A stretch of DNA of 62,736 nucleotides, filler included, from Chlamydiales bacterium (GTDB lineage Bacteria; Chlamydiota; Chlamydiia; Chlamydiales; JACRBE01): NCBI GenBank assembly GCA_016213235.1. It is 6 parts of 6 records of this genome, joined end to end, with 100 filler letters (N's around TTAATTAATTAA, not from the genome) between each part and the next. Parts side by side here need not be neighbours in the genome. Positions count along the whole stretch, not along the records: positions 59,076 to 62,736 come from JACRBE010000045.1; 5 more parts are not named here. One strand, given 5' to 3'. Positions 61,761 to 62,736 of this stretch are shown here, one piece after another (the first letter of the stretch is position 1; the number at the start of each line of letters is the position of its first letter). A program made the position numbers and the translations under genes. The notes below the pieces were generated by a model. It did no database searches, was not told where the DNA came from, and saw only the letters and a list, made by a program, of their open reading frames with translations.

Positions 61761-62723
61761 ATGAATGATTGTTTGATTTCAAATTATTCATTAACCTCTA
61801 TGCAGGTTGTTCAGTCTATACTCATTTCTGAATTTGGCGTAAGGCATTACCAGGAATTTTCCCATTCCCAAGAATATAAATGGGAACATTTAATTATTGC
61901 AATCATTGAACTATGTCCGCTCCTTGGTGCACTGGCCTCTTTGGTAGAATATGCTATTGCCTGTTGTTGTGTTTTTACGCAACCTGTAGTTAGACTATTG
62001 CCTTCATGGAAAATCACATGGATTGTACAAGGCTCTCAGGCGGGTTGCACAGGATCTGTTAATATGCAGAGAGTTTTGCAAGTATTTCAAGAGATTGTTC
62101 AAAACAGGGCGGGGGGAGTGACATTTAACGAGGTTCGATTAAAGGATACTATTAAGCAGGGAACATGCTCTGCTATGTCGCTAGACCTGATAAGAGCTTA
62201 CCTGGAGTGTAAACAAGACCGCTTGATTACTATGGATGATTTAAAAAGAGTAGGACAGAAGTATATTACAAGCTCGCAAGAGATGAAAGATTGTCAAATG
62301 GCTTTTAATTCTATTGAACTTGCCTTAGATGAAATAGCAGATGGTGTAGATATAGAAAGAAATAAAATGCAGTCTCTTGCCAATTTTTATCATTTAACTA
62401 TCGATGATGCCTCTTCTTTCATGGATATCACCCAAATTAGCTTTGAAGATTTTAAAGAAGAGATTGATTCTCTTCCTAAAGGGACTTATGTTATTCGGGC
62501 TATTTGTCCGGATGATAATCACAAGGGTGAGAAATGGGGGCATACGCTTGTTTATAATAACGATGGGTGTATCCCGTTTTTCTATGATCCAAATGGTGGA
62601 ATACTAAATTTGGAAAAAGAGGATCATGGGGCTATTCTTTTTAGGGCGCTAGGTAAATGTAATATCGATTTTGAAACCAATATGATTCGTTTCTACAGAA
62701 TTGCAGAACATGTTAATCCATAG
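61761..62723 (+). CDS. Hypothetical protein, candidate YopT/C58-type cysteine protease
   Basis: GTCSAMS...GHTLVY...FFYDPNGG; hydrophobic N-terminal segment. Confidence 0.6.
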   Translation: MNDCLISNYSLTSMQVVQSILISEFGVRHYQEFSHSQEYKWEHLIIAIIELCPLLGALASLVEYAIACCCVFTQPVVRLLPSWKITWIVQGSQAGCTGSVNMQRVLQVFQEIVQNRAGGVTFNEVRLKDTIKQGTCSAMSLDLIRAYLECKQDRLITMDDLKRVGQKYITSSQEMKDCQMAFNSIELALDEIADGVDIERNKMQSLANFYHLTIDDASSFMDITQISFEDFKEEIDSLPKGTYVIRAICPDDNHKGEKWGHTLVYNNDGCIPFFYDPNGGILNLEKEDHGAILFRALGKCNIDFETNMIRFYRIAEHVNP

Positions 62724-62736
62724 AAGTCCTACGGTC

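Noticed and set aside
1358..62607. Many 60-144 aa ORFs overlapping or antisense to well-supported genes (e.g. 50574-50987, 51428-51862, 45113-45472)
   Set aside because: Shadow ORFs with no motifs or independent support.
1..62736. CRISPR array or cas genes
   Set aside because: No regularly spaced repeat-spacer pattern and no Cas-like ORFs were seen. The 22700-22990 repeats are coding ankyrin units.

Overview
Six contigs of a draft or metagenome-assembled genome joined by artificial 100-nt N/TTAATTAATTAA linkers (7436-7535, 14619-14718, 29059-29158, 42557-42656, 58976-59075). Gene adjacency across linkers has no biological meaning. The organism is AT-rich and very probably an environmental member of Chlamydiota. 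This is inferred from the double-length UvrA, the 1089-aa PBP2 next to tRNA-Gly-rpsB-tsf-frr-tRNA-Glu-tRNA-Lys, mcsA/mcsB, classical menC/menE, and effector-like orphan genes. Most of the window is housekeeping: EmrAB/OMF efflux, sufBCDS, rfbCDB-kdsB, ssb, SRP RNA, cfa. The most unusual region is 42657-46022. It holds an IS3 end, a DUF6088-AbiEii-P-loop kinase operon with twin operator palindromes, two copies of a tmRNA-3'-end-like att sequence, a GC-rich multi-hairpin block and an extended AbrB-domain gene. Other notable items: a Rickettsia-RPE-like palindromic element at a contig end, a decayed island at tRNA-Lys, no pyrH between tsf and frr, an IspD/TarI-SDR (Bcs1-like) fusion, and a candidate YopT-type cysteine protease. 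All family calls come from motif recognition by eye; no database searches were run. No complete new system can be proven from the sequence alone.
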